The position numbers were made by a program, and so were the translations under genes. 64,000 nt of DNA from Octopus bimaculoides (lineage: Eukaryota). How positions within the stretch are numbered: position 1 is the first letter of the stretch; every line of letters starts with the position of its first letter. The notes beneath the pieces are model-generated. The model saw only the letters and a list, made by a program, of their open reading frames with translations. It had not been told where the DNA came from and made no database searches. The DNA lies in assembly GCF_001194135.2 (NCBI RefSeq), contig NC_068991.1, positions 54,224,809-54,288,808 on the forward strand, written 5' to 3'. Below are positions 62,201 to 64,000 of the stretch, piece by piece.

Positions 62201-62679
62201 CGACAAACCAGCTCGACCCGCTTGCAGCGAGTTGGGTTATTTTGTTAACAGTTCAACAAAATTTGTAATACCAACTAATAAACCAACAAATTTTAAAGAA
62301 AACTTACGTGACCAGAACACGCGCCCCCTTGCTCCGCACAAAGACGAGTCAAAAACAAAAGCAAACAAAAAAAATAATAATAATACAATCCCTTAAAATT
62401 TGAAATTGCAAAAATTAGGAATATGAAAAGTGTGCGCTTATAAAAGGTTGTGCCTATGATAATTGGTACATTAAGAACTGTAAGCAAAGATCTAGACAAA
62501 TGTTGAAAGAGACTGGAATAGAATGTCCTGTAGACCTAGCGGCGGTGGACAAGATGCACCACATATGCTATATAACTGATGTTGCGTTCCTCTTTGACCC
62601 ACAAATAGTCAAGAAGGAAGCATTTCTCCCAGCGTGTTTTACGATTCTGCCAGCTCGCCGCCTTAATGATAATTGCAAT

Positions 62680-63020
<341 letters not shown>

Positions 63021-63024
63021 ATAA

Positions 63025-63240
63025 TGGCTTCAAATTTTGGCACAGGGTTAGCAATTTAGGGGAGGAGTAAGTCGATTACATCGACCCAGGTGCTCAACTG
63101 CTTCTTATTTTATCGACCCTGAAAGGATGAAAGGCAAAGTTGACCTCGACAGAATTTATTTGAATTCAGAACGATAGGACGGACAAAATGTCGCTAAGCA
63201 TTTCGTCCGGCATGGTAACGATTCTGCCAGCTCATCACTT
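63025..63240 (-). mobile_element. SINE family C
   Basis: Family C consensus. Confidence 0.8.
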
Positions 63241-63367
63241 TATTATAAAAGTGAAGCAGATCTCCGTCTGCTCGTCCGTCACAGCATCTATTAAAGAAAG
63301 GAAAAGTAGGGGAGGAATCAAAATATGTCACAATGTATTTTTAGAAGGGGAAGAGAANNNNNNNNNN

Positions 63368-63410
<43 letters not shown>

Positions 63411-63449
63411 GTAGGTAGGTAGGTAGGTAGGTAGGTAGGTAGGTAGGTA
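63368..63449 (+). repeat. (TAGA)n(TAGG)n microsatellite
   Basis: Direct reading. Confidence 0.95.
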
Positions 63450-63667
63450 AGTAATGTTGTCACCATAGTAACTAACAAGTTTTGATTTAAAACGCGGGAA
63501 TTTTAAGTGCAATCTGTCGACACAACAAAACATAGTTTAGAGACATTATTCGACAATATAGAGAATCATTGTTTTGGTTGTGTGTATGTGATGTGTGTGT
63601 GCGTTTCAACATACAGAGGACGCAACGCAGCTTCAAAATAAAAAAAGCCCCTTTCATTATATAAAAA

Positions 63668-64000
63668 TACTAGCAGTATAACCCGACCTTGTCCGGGTGT
63701 GACTTATGCCATCTACGAAAAGTCTTGCTAGCTGAAAATCAACTAAAAAAGAAAGCCTTACAACGAAAAAACCCTTATGATGTAAATATGTTCATAATTC
63801 AAAAGACGATGAAATTAATAGGGAAAGTCTGAAGGCTGTTTTGCGTAAAATTATTAAGCATACGTAAATTTCATCCGTGTAATTGGCTATAGAAGTGCTT
63901 GTGCAAAACAACTTTTTGCGCTGCCCTGATTATACGTAGCAGGGTAATCCCTTTTCACAGGAGCTAGGATGGCAATTTGTGATGAAGCAATTGCTGGCGA
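63668..64000 (+). mobile_element. Possible Helitron/Helentron-type non-autonomous element start
   Basis: actagcagtataacccgaccttgtccggg (short hairpin after ACTAG). A similar start occurs near 20250. Confidence 0.4.

Overview
AT-rich animal genomic DNA from a draft assembly, with about 20 N-gaps, most of them next to microsatellites. The SINE families and microsatellite load suggest an octopus/coleoid cephalopod (inference). Most of the window is transposon debris: four tRNA-derived SINE families, Tc1/mariner relics, MITEs, L1/Tx1-, R4/Dong-, CR1-, RTE- and possibly Penelope-like retroelement fragments, a Helitron 3' end, and an 8-bp-TSD TIR element. Four host genes are supportable. Three are + strand ORFs for 86-91 aa single-pass membrane microproteins carrying the InaF (TRP-interacting helix) motif (8749-9024, 27819-28079, 32918-33181). 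The fourth is an intronless, divergent TPPP/p25-alpha-like ORF on the - strand (54473-54970). Each InaF ORF is followed 12-39 nt after its stop by a candidate splice donor, and a strong orphan acceptor lies downstream at 43586/43587. This suggests alternative coding exons spliced to a shared exon, as at Drosophila inaF; it is the main lead in the window. Family assignments come from remembered motifs, not database searches. Repeat boundaries are approximate unless a TSD or TIR is quoted.
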